Shown here: piece by piece, positions 30,101-37,947 of the stretch
Layout: each line of letters begins with the position of its first letter
Numbering within the stretch: position 1 is the stretch's first letter
Source: Dehalococcoidia bacterium
Lineage (GTDB): Bacteria > Chloroflexota > Dehalococcoidia > Lucifugimonadales > CATOSD01
DNA length: 64,000 nucleotides
Assembly: GCA_965203135.1 (NCBI GenBank)
Contig: CBDBBO010000001.1
Location: forward strand, 1,878,760 to 1,942,759
Direction of reading: 5' to 3'
Notes under the pieces: generated by a model
Told to the model about the DNA's origin: nothing
The model's input: the letters and a program-made list of their open reading frames with translations, nothing else
Databases searched by the model: none
Program-made: the position numbers and the translations under genes

Positions 30101-30745
30101 CGTCTCATAGAGACGGATAAGCCCCACCTGATCCTGCTCAACCCGACGCTGGCCGACCCTGTATCGGAGTACTGGACGGGCGAAATCGAGCTGATGGACG
30201 ACATCCGCGAGTTCACCGACGCGCCGGTCATCTTCATGTCGGGACAGGCCAGCGACGATGACATCGCACGCGCCTTCGACGTGGGGGCCGACGACTACAT
30301 CCTCAAGCCCTTCTCGCCGACCGAGCTGGTGGCCAGAATCAGGGCGGCCCTGCGCCGGCAATCGGCACAGGAGCCGACACAGACGCGCGAGCCTTATCTG
30401 CTGGGAGACCTGATGATAGACTACCAGGAACGCCGCGTGACGCTCGCGGGCAGGCCGGTGCAACTGACTTCCACCGAATACAAGCTGCTCTCGGACCTTT
30501 CCGCCAACGCCGGACGAGTTTTGAGCCACGACCAACTGCTGAGACGGGTCTGGGGCCCGGGCTACGAGGGCGACACACAGCCCGTACGCACCTTCGTCAA
30601 GAACCTCCGCCGCAAGCTGGGAGACGACCCGAGGAACCCCGCCTACATCTTCACCGAGCCCCGCGTCGGCTACCGCATGGCAAAGTCGGGGGGGGGGGGG
30701 GCACGCCGGACGCCGGACGCGAGGCGCATGACTCATGGCGATTAG
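27200..30745 (+). CDS. Soluble hybrid sensor GAF-GAF-GAF-PAS-HisKA-HATPase-REC-OmpR-type wHTH (locus 1)
   Basis: No TM segments. H-box MVSHELRTPL, G-boxes (GEGLGLIV), a receiver (VLVLDDEP...KPF) and a winged-helix tail (LTSTEYKLL...RVGYRMA). The receiver has Asn at the phospho-acceptor position (LILLNPT). Confidence 0.9.
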   Translation: MDTLIHESSEVALDPGVSLEEAAGLKREIEMLRARLSELSGATLRIIEDPDLDTVLQGVIDGARSLTGARYGALLILDHLGGIEALITSGITYEEAAAITVEPKGLGLLGYLNELRGPLRLRDIAAHHRSIGFPKGHPPMKSFLGTPIIHRGERLGNIYLTEKEHGEEFTPEDEESLTVFASHAATAIFNARAYQFERQAKADLEALNERFLMLCEAVRVLSESLDVDSVLDRIVTSARSLTGARNGLITTLDESGRLVDFYTSGFTPEDREVLLDVPRGPEILDHFHNLPRPLRVPDLTAHIRNLGFSDALPPLATALSVPVYFRDVRVGNLYLANKEGGAEFTEGDEELMSVLASQAAVAIANARAYQSERQAKADMEALNERFLMLCEAVRVLSESLDVDSVLDRIVTSARSLTGARNGLITTLDESGQLVNFYPSGFTPEDREVLLGVPRGPEILDHFHNLPRPLRVPDLTAHIRNLGFSDALPPLATALSVPVYFHDVRVGNLYLANKEGGAEFTEGDEELMSVLASQAAVAIANARAYQSERQAKADMEALVDTSPVGVMVFDAKTLDLVSFNQETRRIVRGLSGLGRSREALFSVMSFRRPDGRKIPHEELPTARAIRDGNSVRAEEIIIDLPGDQTIRTIINATPVFSEEGEVVSVITTMQDMTPLERTERLRAEFVGMVSHELRTPLAAIKGSAATVLGASSALDSEEMRHFFRVIDDQADRMRGLISDLLDTAQIEAGTLSVDSEPADMADLVEEARRAFLRGGATNVIEADLPPGLPRVEVDRQRMGQVLNNLFAYASRHSPYMSTIRMSASVDDVYVSISVADESRDVSGERLRQLFRRFSPVDGEDRYGQSAGEGLGLIVCRGIVEAHGGRIWAESIGPGLGTRFTFTVPSVEEAARGAAANSGWLLADAERTEGARTRVLVLDDEPHILLHLRNTLREAGYASMVTDNPKEAHRLIETDKPHLILLNPTLADPVSEYWTGEIELMDDIREFTDAPVIFMSGQASDDDIARAFDVGADDYILKPFSPTELVARIRAALRRQSAQEPTQTREPYLLGDLMIDYQERRVTLAGRPVQLTSTEYKLLSDLSANAGRVLSHDQLLRRVWGPGYEGDTQPVRTFVKNLRRKLGDDPRNPAYIFTEPRVGYRMAKSGGGGARRTPDARRMTHGD
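27788..28837 (+). repeat. Perfectly in-frame tandem duplication, 2 x 525 bp, of one GAF domain
   Basis: GAGCGCCAGGCCAAGGCCGAC... recurs at 27788, 28313 and (boundary) 28838. The copies differ at only a few codons. Confidence 0.9.
30688..30701 (+). repeat. G14 homopolymer tract at the 3' end of the kinase gene, 34 nt upstream of the DegV start
   Basis: CAAAGTC G14 CACGCC. It encodes the GGGG of the tail, after the wHTH has ended (GYRMA). Confidence 0.9.
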
Positions 30746-31583
30746 AATAGTCACCGACAGCTGTTCGGATTTGCCGCCCGAAGTGGCCCGGCGCAATGAC
30801 ATCAGCGTGGCGCCTCTCTACGTCAACATCGGTGGCGACACCTACCGCGATGGGGTGGACATCGGCGCCGACCGCTTCTACTCCCTCCTGGAACGGCTCC
30901 CCGACCTGCCCACCACTTCCCAACCCTCCGTCGGCGACTTCATGGACATCTACCGACGGCTGTTGGACGAAGGCCACCAGGTAGTGTCCATTCACGTCAG
31001 CGGCAAACTGAGCGGCGCCCTCAACTCCGCGACCCAGGCCAGGGCGTCGCTGGGCGACCCGCCCCAGATAGCCGTCATCGACTCCCGTCTGGCGGGAGGG
31101 GCGCAGGCGCTGCTTACGCTGAGCGCCGCCCAGTACGCCCGCGAGACGAGCGACGTAGGGGAAGTCGCCCGGAGAGTGGAACGTTCGATAGAGAGGAACC
31201 ACTGCTTCGTGGTGATAGACACGCTGAAGTACCTTCAACGGGGCGGGCGCATCGGCAAGGCGCAGGCGTTCCTCGGAGGCGCGCTCCGGTTCAAGCCCAT
31301 CGTCAGCGTCCGCGACGGCGAGGTTCACCCGGTGGAGCGTCCGCGAACTCGCCGACGGGCCATTGCCCGCGTCATCGGTCTCGCGCGCGAGATGGCCCCC
31401 GTAAGCCGCATACACGTGAGCTACACCACCGGGCGGGAGTTGGCCCACGCCGTAATCGAAGGTCTGGCCGACCTGGTGGAGCCGGACGGCATCACCGAGT
31501 CGCGGTTCGGGCCGGCGCTGGGCACGCATCTCGGCCCCGGCGCCGTCGCGGTAGCGTTGAGCCAACCTGATCCGGACGCATAG
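30735..31583 (+). CDS. DegV family (fatty-acid-binding) protein
   Basis: MAIRIVTDSCSDLP, TSQPS and LKYLQRGGRIGKA motifs. The start overlaps the kinase stop by 11 nt. Confidence 0.85.
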   Translation: MAIRIVTDSCSDLPPEVARRNDISVAPLYVNIGGDTYRDGVDIGADRFYSLLERLPDLPTTSQPSVGDFMDIYRRLLDEGHQVVSIHVSGKLSGALNSATQARASLGDPPQIAVIDSRLAGGAQALLTLSAAQYARETSDVGEVARRVERSIERNHCFVVIDTLKYLQRGGRIGKAQAFLGGALRFKPIVSVRDGEVHPVERPRTRRRAIARVIGLAREMAPVSRIHVSYTTGRELAHAVIEGLADLVEPDGITESRFGPALGTHLGPGAVAVALSQPDPDA

Positions 31584-31611
31584 CCGCCCGGCCCGTCCGC
31601 TGTCCCATCCT

Positions 31612-31662
31612 GTCACCCCGAGCGTAGCCGAAGGGTGTAAGATGCTTCGACAGTCTCAGCAT
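31612..31662. repeat. Pair of short intergenic hairpins (CACCC..GGGTG and ATGCT..AGCAT) of REP-like type
   Basis: Translates to the spurious ...AEGCKMLRQSQHD peptide. From recollection only, this pattern is seen in miniature palindromic repeats of uncultured high-GC bacteria. Confidence 0.3.
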
Positions 31663-31714
31663 GACATACGAGAAAATGCTGCAAGTAGCATGGTAATCCA
31701 AAGAACCCAGGCTG

Positions 31715-32278
31715 TCACGGAACGCACAACGGCTCGATCAGCTTGCTCTTTCGCACCACGACCGCGCGCGCAAAAGTGCTTCGCTCAACCTCCGTCCACT
31801 CCGACGCCGGCCTGTCGACTCCCGCGCTGACCGACGCCACCCACTCCCTCGGCAGCGCGATTTCCTCCGCCACGGCGCTCACCTCCGCCACCACCTCGGC
31901 GATCCGCCGCGGTCCGGCGCTGCTCGCCGCGCTCAGGGCCTCGGAGTACGCCCAGCCGTTGTCGGCGTAGTGCCCGCAAGCCTCGGCCATCTCCGCAGGC
32001 GTAACGCCCCTCGAGATCAGCCGCGACCGAGCCTCGGCCACGTCAACGTCAGTCACCGTCGAAAACTCCGTCGGCGCGATGCCCCTCCTGCCCGATCCTG
32101 CGCTGGTTGCGGCCGGGTCATCCCCAATCGCCACCAGCTCCGGCGCGGGAGCCTGGGCAGGCGGAGCGGAACCGGAGACGCACCCGCACAACAGCCCGGT
32201 GACAGCCACCGCCGCCAGGACTCTCACGAGGCTCCGCGCCGCCTGCGTTCGTGTCCACCTGCCGATGTCCCGGACCAT
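31715..32278 (-). CDS. Hypothetical lipoprotein
   Basis: Signal peptide with a LLCGC lipobox-like site after start MVRDIGRW (ATG 32278); an alternative ATG at 32332 lies inside the palindrome. No recognisable domain. Confidence 0.4.
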   Translation of the reverse strand: MVRDIGRWTRTQAARSLVRVLAAVAVTGLLCGCVSGSAPPAQAPAPELVAIGDDPAATSAGSGRRGIAPTEFSTVTDVDVAEARSRLISRGVTPAEMAEACGHYADNGWAYSEALSAASSAGPRRIAEVVAEVSAVAEEIALPREWVASVSAGVDRPASEWTEVERSTFARAVVVRKSKLIEPLCVP

Positions 32279-32322
32279 TGCGCCGACCTCCCGCGCCAAG
32301 CCTATTTCAGGAGAGTATACTA

Positions 32323-32365
32323 AGTTTACCATAGTTTATCCGTATAGCATAAACTATGGTAAACT
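32323..32365. promoter_or_regulatory. Perfect 17-bp inverted repeat (AGTTTACCATAGTTTAT N9 ATAAACTATGGTAAACT) between divergent genes
   Basis: AT-rich palindrome in a GC-rich genome. Each arm contains an ATGGTAAAC that opens the longest ORF on its strand. Confidence 0.55.
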
Positions 32366-32415
32366 CTGTAGAACTCCGAACAGTCGAACTCAAGAGAACT
32401 GTAAGACTTGCATCA

Positions 32416-33591
32416 ATGGACCCTGTACGCAACCCATACGCGCCCGGAGCGGGCACTCAGCCGCCGGAACTGGCCGGCCGTGACGAGCTGCGCGAACAGG
32501 TCCGGATAGCGTTGGAGCGTGCCAGAATAGGACGGTCGAGCAAGAACGCCGTGATGGTAGGGCTTCGCGGCGTAGGGAAGACGGTTCTGCTGGACCGGAT
32601 GCTGATGGACGCCGAGAGCGTCGGCATCTGCGCGGCGCGGGCGGAATCGCCCGAGAATCGGTCCCTGCCCTCGGTCCTGGCGCCTCAGTTGCGACAGGCC
32701 CTGCTGACATTATCGAACAGAGAATCGGCGCGAGACATGGCGCAAAGGGCGCTCAAAGCGCTGGCCGGATTCGTGGGCGCGCTGAAGGTGAAATACCAGG
32801 ACATCGAAGTCGGGCTGGATTTCGAACCCGAACCGGGACTTGCTGACAACGGTGACTTGGAGGCGGACCTTCAGGACCTGCTGGAGGCGTGCGGGGAAGC
32901 CGCCCGGGCGGATGCGAGTTGCATCGCCCTGTTCATAGACGAAATTCAGTACGTGAAAGAACACGAACTGGAGGCGCTGATCGCCGCACTACACAGAGCG
33001 GCCCAAAGGCAATTGCCCGTCGTGATGATAGGAGCCGGCCTTCCGCAAGTTCGGGGAAATATGGGGCGAGCCAAGACCTACGTCGAGAGGCTGTTCGAGT
33101 TTCCCGAAATCGGCCCGCTTTCGGGAGCGGACGCGCGCACAGCCATATCCAAGCCGGCCCTTGACGAGGATGTGGAGATAGAGTCGGACGCCCTCGACGC
33201 CATAGTCGCGAAGACTCAGGGCTACCCGTACTTCCTGCAGGAATGGGGCAAGCACGTCTGGGACGTCGCCGGGAGTTCGCCAATCACCCTCGAAGACGTG
33301 GAACTGGCGTCGAAACAGGCCATCGCCACCCTGGACGCAGGCTTCTTCCTCGTTCGATTCGAAAGGCTGACGCCCAGGGAGAAGAAATACCTCCGCGCTA
33401 TGGCAGGACTGGGCGCGGGACCGCATCCGTCCGGGAACGTGGCGAGCGCGATGGGTATCGGAGTACGATCCCTGGGACCGACGCGCGCCGCTCTGATAGA
33501 CAAGGGCATGATATGGAGCCCGACTTACGGACAGACGGCGTTCACCGTCCCGATGTTCGACGAATTCATGTGCCGCATCATGCCGCAGTGA
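32416..33591 (+). CDS. AAA/STAND-like ATPase (archaeal-ATPase/ORC-like P-loop protein)
   Basis: ELAGRDELREQV...VMVGLRGVGKTVLL (Walker A), ALFIDEIQYV (Walker B) and a C-terminal helical/wHTH-like region. AT-richer than the flanks. Confidence 0.65.
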   Translation: MDPVRNPYAPGAGTQPPELAGRDELREQVRIALERARIGRSSKNAVMVGLRGVGKTVLLDRMLMDAESVGICAARAESPENRSLPSVLAPQLRQALLTLSNRESARDMAQRALKALAGFVGALKVKYQDIEVGLDFEPEPGLADNGDLEADLQDLLEACGEAARADASCIALFIDEIQYVKEHELEALIAALHRAAQRQLPVVMIGAGLPQVRGNMGRAKTYVERLFEFPEIGPLSGADARTAISKPALDEDVEIESDALDAIVAKTQGYPYFLQEWGKHVWDVAGSSPITLEDVELASKQAIATLDAGFFLVRFERLTPREKKYLRAMAGLGAGPHPSGNVASAMGIGVRSLGPTRAALIDKGMIWSPTYGQTAFTVPMFDEFMCRIMPQ

Positions 33592-33603
33592 CAGCCCCCG
33601 CCC

Positions 33604-33972
33604 CTACCCCGTCGGTATCACCGCCCGCTTGTGCGTCGCCACCCCGATCTTCTTGTCGCCCTCGAACGCCTCTATCGCGAACGTCAGCCGGTTGCGCTCC
33701 ACCTCGGTCAGCTCCGACCGCACCCGCACCTTGCCGCCAAGCGCCGTCGGCGCCATGTGGCGCATCCCGTCCACCGCGTAGCCCACGGTGGTGTGGCCCT
33801 CCGGCAGGCTCGGCTCGGTGACGCGAATGCTGGCCTGCTCCATCAGCCCAAGCAGCGACGGCGTGGACAGCACGTCGGCTCCCTCCCTGCCCATTCGGTT
33901 GGTGGTCATGTCCCTTGTGACCTCGGTCTCCAGCAGGTAGCTCTGGCCGGGGCTGAACTTGTCCATCGTCAT
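33604..33972 (-). CDS. Hotdog-fold thioesterase (FlK-like family)
   Basis: 122-aa protein with TTNRMG...VLSTPSLLGLME...TVGY...HMAPTALG pattern. Confidence 0.65.
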   Translation of the reverse strand: MTMDKFSPGQSYLLETEVTRDMTTNRMGREGADVLSTPSLLGLMEQASIRVTEPSLPEGHTTVGYAVDGMRHMAPTALGGKVRVRSELTEVERNRLTFAIEAFEGDKKIGVATHKRAVIPTG

Positions 33973-34149
33973 CTGCGGTCTGCCTCCACGGGTCTTGGTC
34001 GTGCGTCATCCACCTTGCGGTTGCCGGGCTTGCGAGGACTGGCCCGGCGCAGGCCAACTATAGCACAGTTGGGAATACCCCAGCCCATCGGTGCCTTGTC
34101 CAGCCGCCGCCAGTACTAATCCGGTACGTTAGACGCGCCCAGGCCTTGT

Positions 34150-34177
34150 TTGCTTTGATGCCGCTTTGATGTAGAAT
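34150..34177 (+). promoter_or_regulatory. Possible promoter TTGCTT-N16-TAGAAT upstream of ftsH
   Basis: About 54 nt upstream of ATG 34231, which carries a GGAGG RBS. Confidence 0.35.
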
Positions 34178-34230
34178 TAGGTTGAGAAGGTTCGACCACT
34201 GCGGCCGCGGACTGACCCTACGGAGGCCCA

Positions 34231-36072
34231 ATGAACTCGCGCTGGATGCGTAACAGCTTCATCTACCTGCTGGTGATTGTGGCGATTATCGCCATCTTCT
34301 TCACGCTGTTTTCCGAACCCCTTGGCGGCTCGAGAGAGATACCCATAAACCAGGTCATTTCCCTCGCGGCTCGCAACGACATCCAGACCATCGAGGTCCG
34401 GGGCGAGAAGCTGACCATCGTCACAACCAACGCCGAAACCTTCACGTCCCGCAAAGAGGAAGGCTCCAGCATAGTAGAGGTCCTCGAGAGGGCCGGCATC
34501 GACCTGCTGTCGGCGAACATCCAGATAGTGGTCAAGGGCAGCAGCGGACTGGGCAACTTCATCGGGCTGTTCATCAACTTCCTGCCGCTCATCTTCTTCG
34601 GCGCCGTCCTGTTCTTCATGATGCGCCAGGCGCAGGGCAACACCAACCAGACCTTCAGCTTCGGCCGAAGCCGCGCGCGGATGCTCGTCGGCAACAGCCC
34701 GCCGGTCAGCTTCGCCGACGTCGCCGGCGTCGAGGAGGCCAAGGAGGAGCTGCAAGAGGTCGTCGAGTTCCTCAAGTTCCCCGAGAAGTTCATGACCCTG
34801 GGCGCGAAGATCCCCAAGGGCGTGCTCCTGGTGGGCCCTCCCGGCACCGGCAAGACCCTCATGGCGCGCGCAGTCGCGGGTGAGGCCGGTGTTCCGTTCT
34901 TCTCCATCAGCGGCAGCGAGTTCGTCGAGATGTTCGTAGGCGTGGGAGCGTCCCGCGTCCGCGACCTGTTCGACCAGGCCAAGCGCAACGCCCCGTGCAT
35001 CGTCTTCGTGGACGAAATCGACGCCGTGGGCCGCCACAGAGGCGCCGGCCTCGGCGGCGGACACGACGAACGCGAGCAGACTCTCAACCAGATCCTGGTC
35101 GAGATGGACGGCTTCGACACCACCACCAACGTCATCGTCATAGCGGCGACCAACCGCCCCGACATCCTGGACCCCGCGCTTTTGCGGCCCGGCCGCTTCG
35201 ACCGCAGGGTCACGCTCGACAACCCCGACATCAAGGGCCGCGCCGCCATCCTGGACGTGCACGCCAAGGGCAAGCCCCTGGCAGAGAACGTGGACATGGA
35301 CCGCGTGGCTCGCCAGACCGTCGGCTTCAGCGGGGCGGACCTCGCCAACCTCGTCAACGAGTCCGCCATCCTGGCCGCCAGGCGCAACAAGACCATCATC
35401 GGTCCCGAGGAGTTCGCCGAGTCCATCGACCGCGTGATCGCCGGGCCGGAGCGCAAGAGCCGCGTCATCAGCCAGAAGGAGAAGGAGCTCACCGCCTACC
35501 ACGAGGCGGGCCACGCCCTGGTGGGACACCTGCTGCCGCACGCCGACCCCGTGTCCAAGATCTCCATCGTCGCCCGCGGCCAGATGGGCGGCTACACTCG
35601 CTTCGTTCCCAAGGAAGACCGCTCCCTCATCACCAAGCGCCAGCTCGAGGCTCGCCTCGCCTACGCGCTCGGAGGCAGGGCCGCCGAGGAGATAATCTTC
35701 GACGAGACCACCACCGGCGCGAGCAACGACCTGGAGCAGGCTACCAACATAGCCCGCACCATGGTCACGCGGTTCGGCATGAGCGAAAAGCTCGGCCCCC
35801 GCACCTTCGGCAAGCGCGAAGAGTTGGTATTCCTGGGTCGCGAGATTTCCGAACAGCGCGACTACAGCGATCAGGTGGCCGAGACCATCGACAACGAGGT
35901 CTACAACCTCATCGACACGGCCAACCGCAACGCGCGCGACATCATCGTCGAGCACCGCGCCAAGCTGACCAAGCTCGCCAAGTACCTCATCGTCCACGAG
36001 ACTGTCGAAGAGGACGAGCTCATCGAGCTCCTCGACGCCAAGCCCCCTCTCCCCGACGCCGCCCCCGCTTAA
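34231..36072 (+). CDS. ftsH: ATP-dependent zinc metalloprotease FtsH
   Basis: N-terminal TM pair, [15 protein letters not shown], the SRH region and the HEAGHA zinc motif. Confidence 0.97.
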   Translation: MNSRWMRNSFIYLLVIVAIIAIFFTLFSEPLGGSREIPINQVISLAARNDIQTIEVRGEKLTIVTTNAETFTSRKEEGSSIVEVLERAGIDLLSANIQIVVKGSSGLGNFIGLFINFLPLIFFGAVLFFMMRQAQGNTNQTFSFGRSRARMLVGNSPPVSFADVAGVEEAKEELQEVVEFLKFPEKFMTLGAKIPKGVLLVGPPGTGKTLMARAVAGEAGVPFFSISGSEFVEMFVGVGASRVRDLFDQAKRNAPCIVFVDEIDAVGRHRGAGLGGGHDEREQTLNQILVEMDGFDTTTNVIVIAATNRPDILDPALLRPGRFDRRVTLDNPDIKGRAAILDVHAKGKPLAENVDMDRVARQTVGFSGADLANLVNESAILAARRNKTIIGPEEFAESIDRVIAGPERKSRVISQKEKELTAYHEAGHALVGHLLPHADPVSKISIVARGQMGGYTRFVPKEDRSLITKRQLEARLAYALGGRAAEEIIFDETTTGASNDLEQATNIARTMVTRFGMSEKLGPRTFGKREELVFLGREISEQRDYSDQVAETIDNEVYNLIDTANRNARDIIVEHRAKLTKLAKYLIVHETVEEDELIELLDAKPPLPDAAPA

Positions 36073-36095
36073 GGTAGAGTACGAGCAGTAGAAGC

Positions 36096-37088
36096 ATGAC
36101 AGTCTGGGTAGTCAGAGGCGGCAGAGATGGCGAGTACGAAGAACTCGCGCTCAACGAGGGTGTCGTCACGGTTAGCTTTGGGTTACATAAAAGCGTAGTT
36201 GACTTTGCTGACAGAGATGCACTACGCGCACAATTGCCCAGTCGGAGCGCAAACCAACTCTGGCATTTCGCCCATGAGATGCAGGAGGGCGACATGGTCG
36301 TGTTGCCCCGCAAGTGGCCCAAAGTGATCGCCGTTGGAGAGGTAACGAGTGTTTACACCTTCCGCCCCGATTTGGAGGACACCGGCCAACACACCCGAAA
36401 GGTTCAGTGGCAAGCCGATGACATACCTCGTTCTAACTTTGACCAGGACTTGCTGAACTCGATGGGCAGCCTATTGACTGTTTTCCAGCCGAAGGCGGAC
36501 CAAGCACAGAAGCGGATAGAGAGCGTTCTTAATGCTCACTTGAAGGGCGAGCCACCGACTGGAGGGGTTACTGAGGCTGATGATGGCGATGAGGGGACGG
36601 CCATCAGCCCTTTGGCGGAACAGATTGAAGACCGTATCGTTGCACACATTCGACAGAAGTTCATGGGCAGCAAGCTGGAGCGCCTCGTAGCTGCAATACT
36701 GGAAGCGTCAGGTTACGACGTACTGGAGACTCGGCCCGGTCCCGACTTGGGCATCGACATCGTGGCAGGCAAAGGTGACATGGGGTTCGGTGATCCCCGC
36801 TTGTGCGTACAGGTGAAGTCGGGCCACACGCCGGTTGACAGGCCCACTTATCAGCAATTGCAGGGAAGTATAACGGCTTTCGGGGCCGACCATGGCCTGC
36901 TCGTAAGCCTCGGGGACTTCACGAATGCAGTCCGCAGGGAAAACGAGAGGTCATTCTTCCAAATACGCCTCTGGGGACCCTACGAACTGGTCCAGAGACT
37001 TTTGGATACTTACAACGACCTGCCGCCGGACATTCGCGCCGACATCCCCTTGCAAGACCGAAAGGTGCTCATAGAAACGGAAGCCTGA
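36096..37088 (+). CDS. Mrr-like restriction endonuclease (PD-(D/E)xK C-terminal domain)
   Basis: C-terminal GPDLGIDIVAG...LCVQVKSG matches the Mrr_cat pattern. The gene is AT-richer and starts 24 nt after ftsH. Confidence 0.7.
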   Translation: MTVWVVRGGRDGEYEELALNEGVVTVSFGLHKSVVDFADRDALRAQLPSRSANQLWHFAHEMQEGDMVVLPRKWPKVIAVGEVTSVYTFRPDLEDTGQHTRKVQWQADDIPRSNFDQDLLNSMGSLLTVFQPKADQAQKRIESVLNAHLKGEPPTGGVTEADDGDEGTAISPLAEQIEDRIVAHIRQKFMGSKLERLVAAILEASGYDVLETRPGPDLGIDIVAGKGDMGFGDPRLCVQVKSGHTPVDRPTYQQLQGSITAFGADHGLLVSLGDFTNAVRRENERSFFQIRLWGPYELVQRLLDTYNDLPPDIRADIPLQDRKVLIETEA

Positions 37089-37159
37089 GACGATTGGTTG
37101 CAACCGACCTTGGCCAACGCCCTTCTGGGAAGTACGACTGAGAGCCTATCCGATAAGTC

Positions 37160-37197
37160 CCTTCCCCCTCGCAGGGGGAAGGTTAGGATGGGGGCGC
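37160..37197. repeat. REP-like hairpin element, copy 2
   Basis: CCCTTCCCCCTCGCAGGGGGAAGGTTAGGATGGGGGCG, between the convergent Mrr-like and VapC genes. Confidence 0.7.
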
Positions 37198-37210
37198 TGG
37201 GTCGGCAGCC

Positions 37211-37651
37211 TCACACCGGGATGACCCACACGTGACCGCGCTCGCTTTCTGCGGCCAGGCTTTGAATCCCCGTGTCCAGTGTCGCCAACCGACCCCGCCG
37301 CTGCACGGCGGCGGCCAGCAACAGTGCGTCGGTTATCTGCCTGTATCCCCTCAGCCGAACACCTATGGACTCCGGCAACCGCAGGATGGAAGTGTCCAGG
37401 GGCCAGAATGTGTGCTTGCCGGTACGGGTGAGCCGCCGCAGCACCGCGATGGCGTCGAGCGGAGTTACGTTGTGCCTGACCGCCGATGGATTGCACGACA
37501 CCCGTACGAACCCCGCCTCCGTTAGCGTGCAGGTCGCCCAGCCTTCATCCTTATGCGCGTCGAACCACGCCCACGCCGCCGCGTGGTGAACGTGATTGGG
37601 CCAGGCCAAGGCAATCAGAACGTTTACGTCCGGCAGCGAAATCACGGCCAA
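37211..37651 (-). CDS. vapC: Type II toxin VapC (PIN domain)
   Basis: LPDVNVLIALAWPNHVHH..., acidic PIN residues and a 10-nt overlap with the upstream antitoxin. Confidence 0.85.
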   Translation of the reverse strand: MAVISLPDVNVLIALAWPNHVHHAAAWAWFDAHKDEGWATCTLTEAGFVRVSCNPSAVRHNVTPLDAIAVLRRLTRTGKHTFWPLDTSILRLPESIGVRLRGYRQITDALLLAAAVQRRGRLATLDTGIQSLAAESERGHVWVIPV

Positions 37652-37863
37652 TCGCTCAGGGACCGGTAGACGTCCTCGCTGGTGATCGGCCCCGCGTCCG
37701 GGGCCACGTCGAAGACCGCGTCGCGCTCCGAACCGGCCGGTGATGTCTTGAATCCGCGACGCGCCAGGTCGGACAGCGCGCGCCCCACGCTGGTGCCGTT
37801 GCGCTGTGCGAGCGCGCGGGCAACAGCCAGCACGTCATCGTCGATTGTCAGTGTGGTCCGCAT
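37642..37863 (-). CDS. vapB: Type II antitoxin VapB (ribbon-helix-helix-like)
   Basis: MRTTLTIDDDVLAVARALA... is the typical N-terminus of VapB-type antitoxins. Confidence 0.75.
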   Translation of the reverse strand: MRTTLTIDDDVLAVARALAQRNGTSVGRALSDLARRGFKTSPAGSERDAVFDVAPDAGPITSEDVYRSLSDWP

Positions 37864-37947
37864 CTGGGCATCATAGCATCAGTACATCGTCGCGGCAAAC
37901 TGCGAAATTCCTTTACAATAGTGTGATAGTGTTGAAACAGGGAGTCC

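Noticed and set aside
30688-30701. The three G/C homopolymers as pure poly-G sequencing artefacts or chimeric assembly joins.
   Set aside because: Not fully excluded, since exact lengths are inherently uncertain. However, two tracts sit at homologous positions within homologous leader sequences of paralogous genes, and a third paralog has an interrupted version at the same codons. This argues that the tracts are genuine genomic features.
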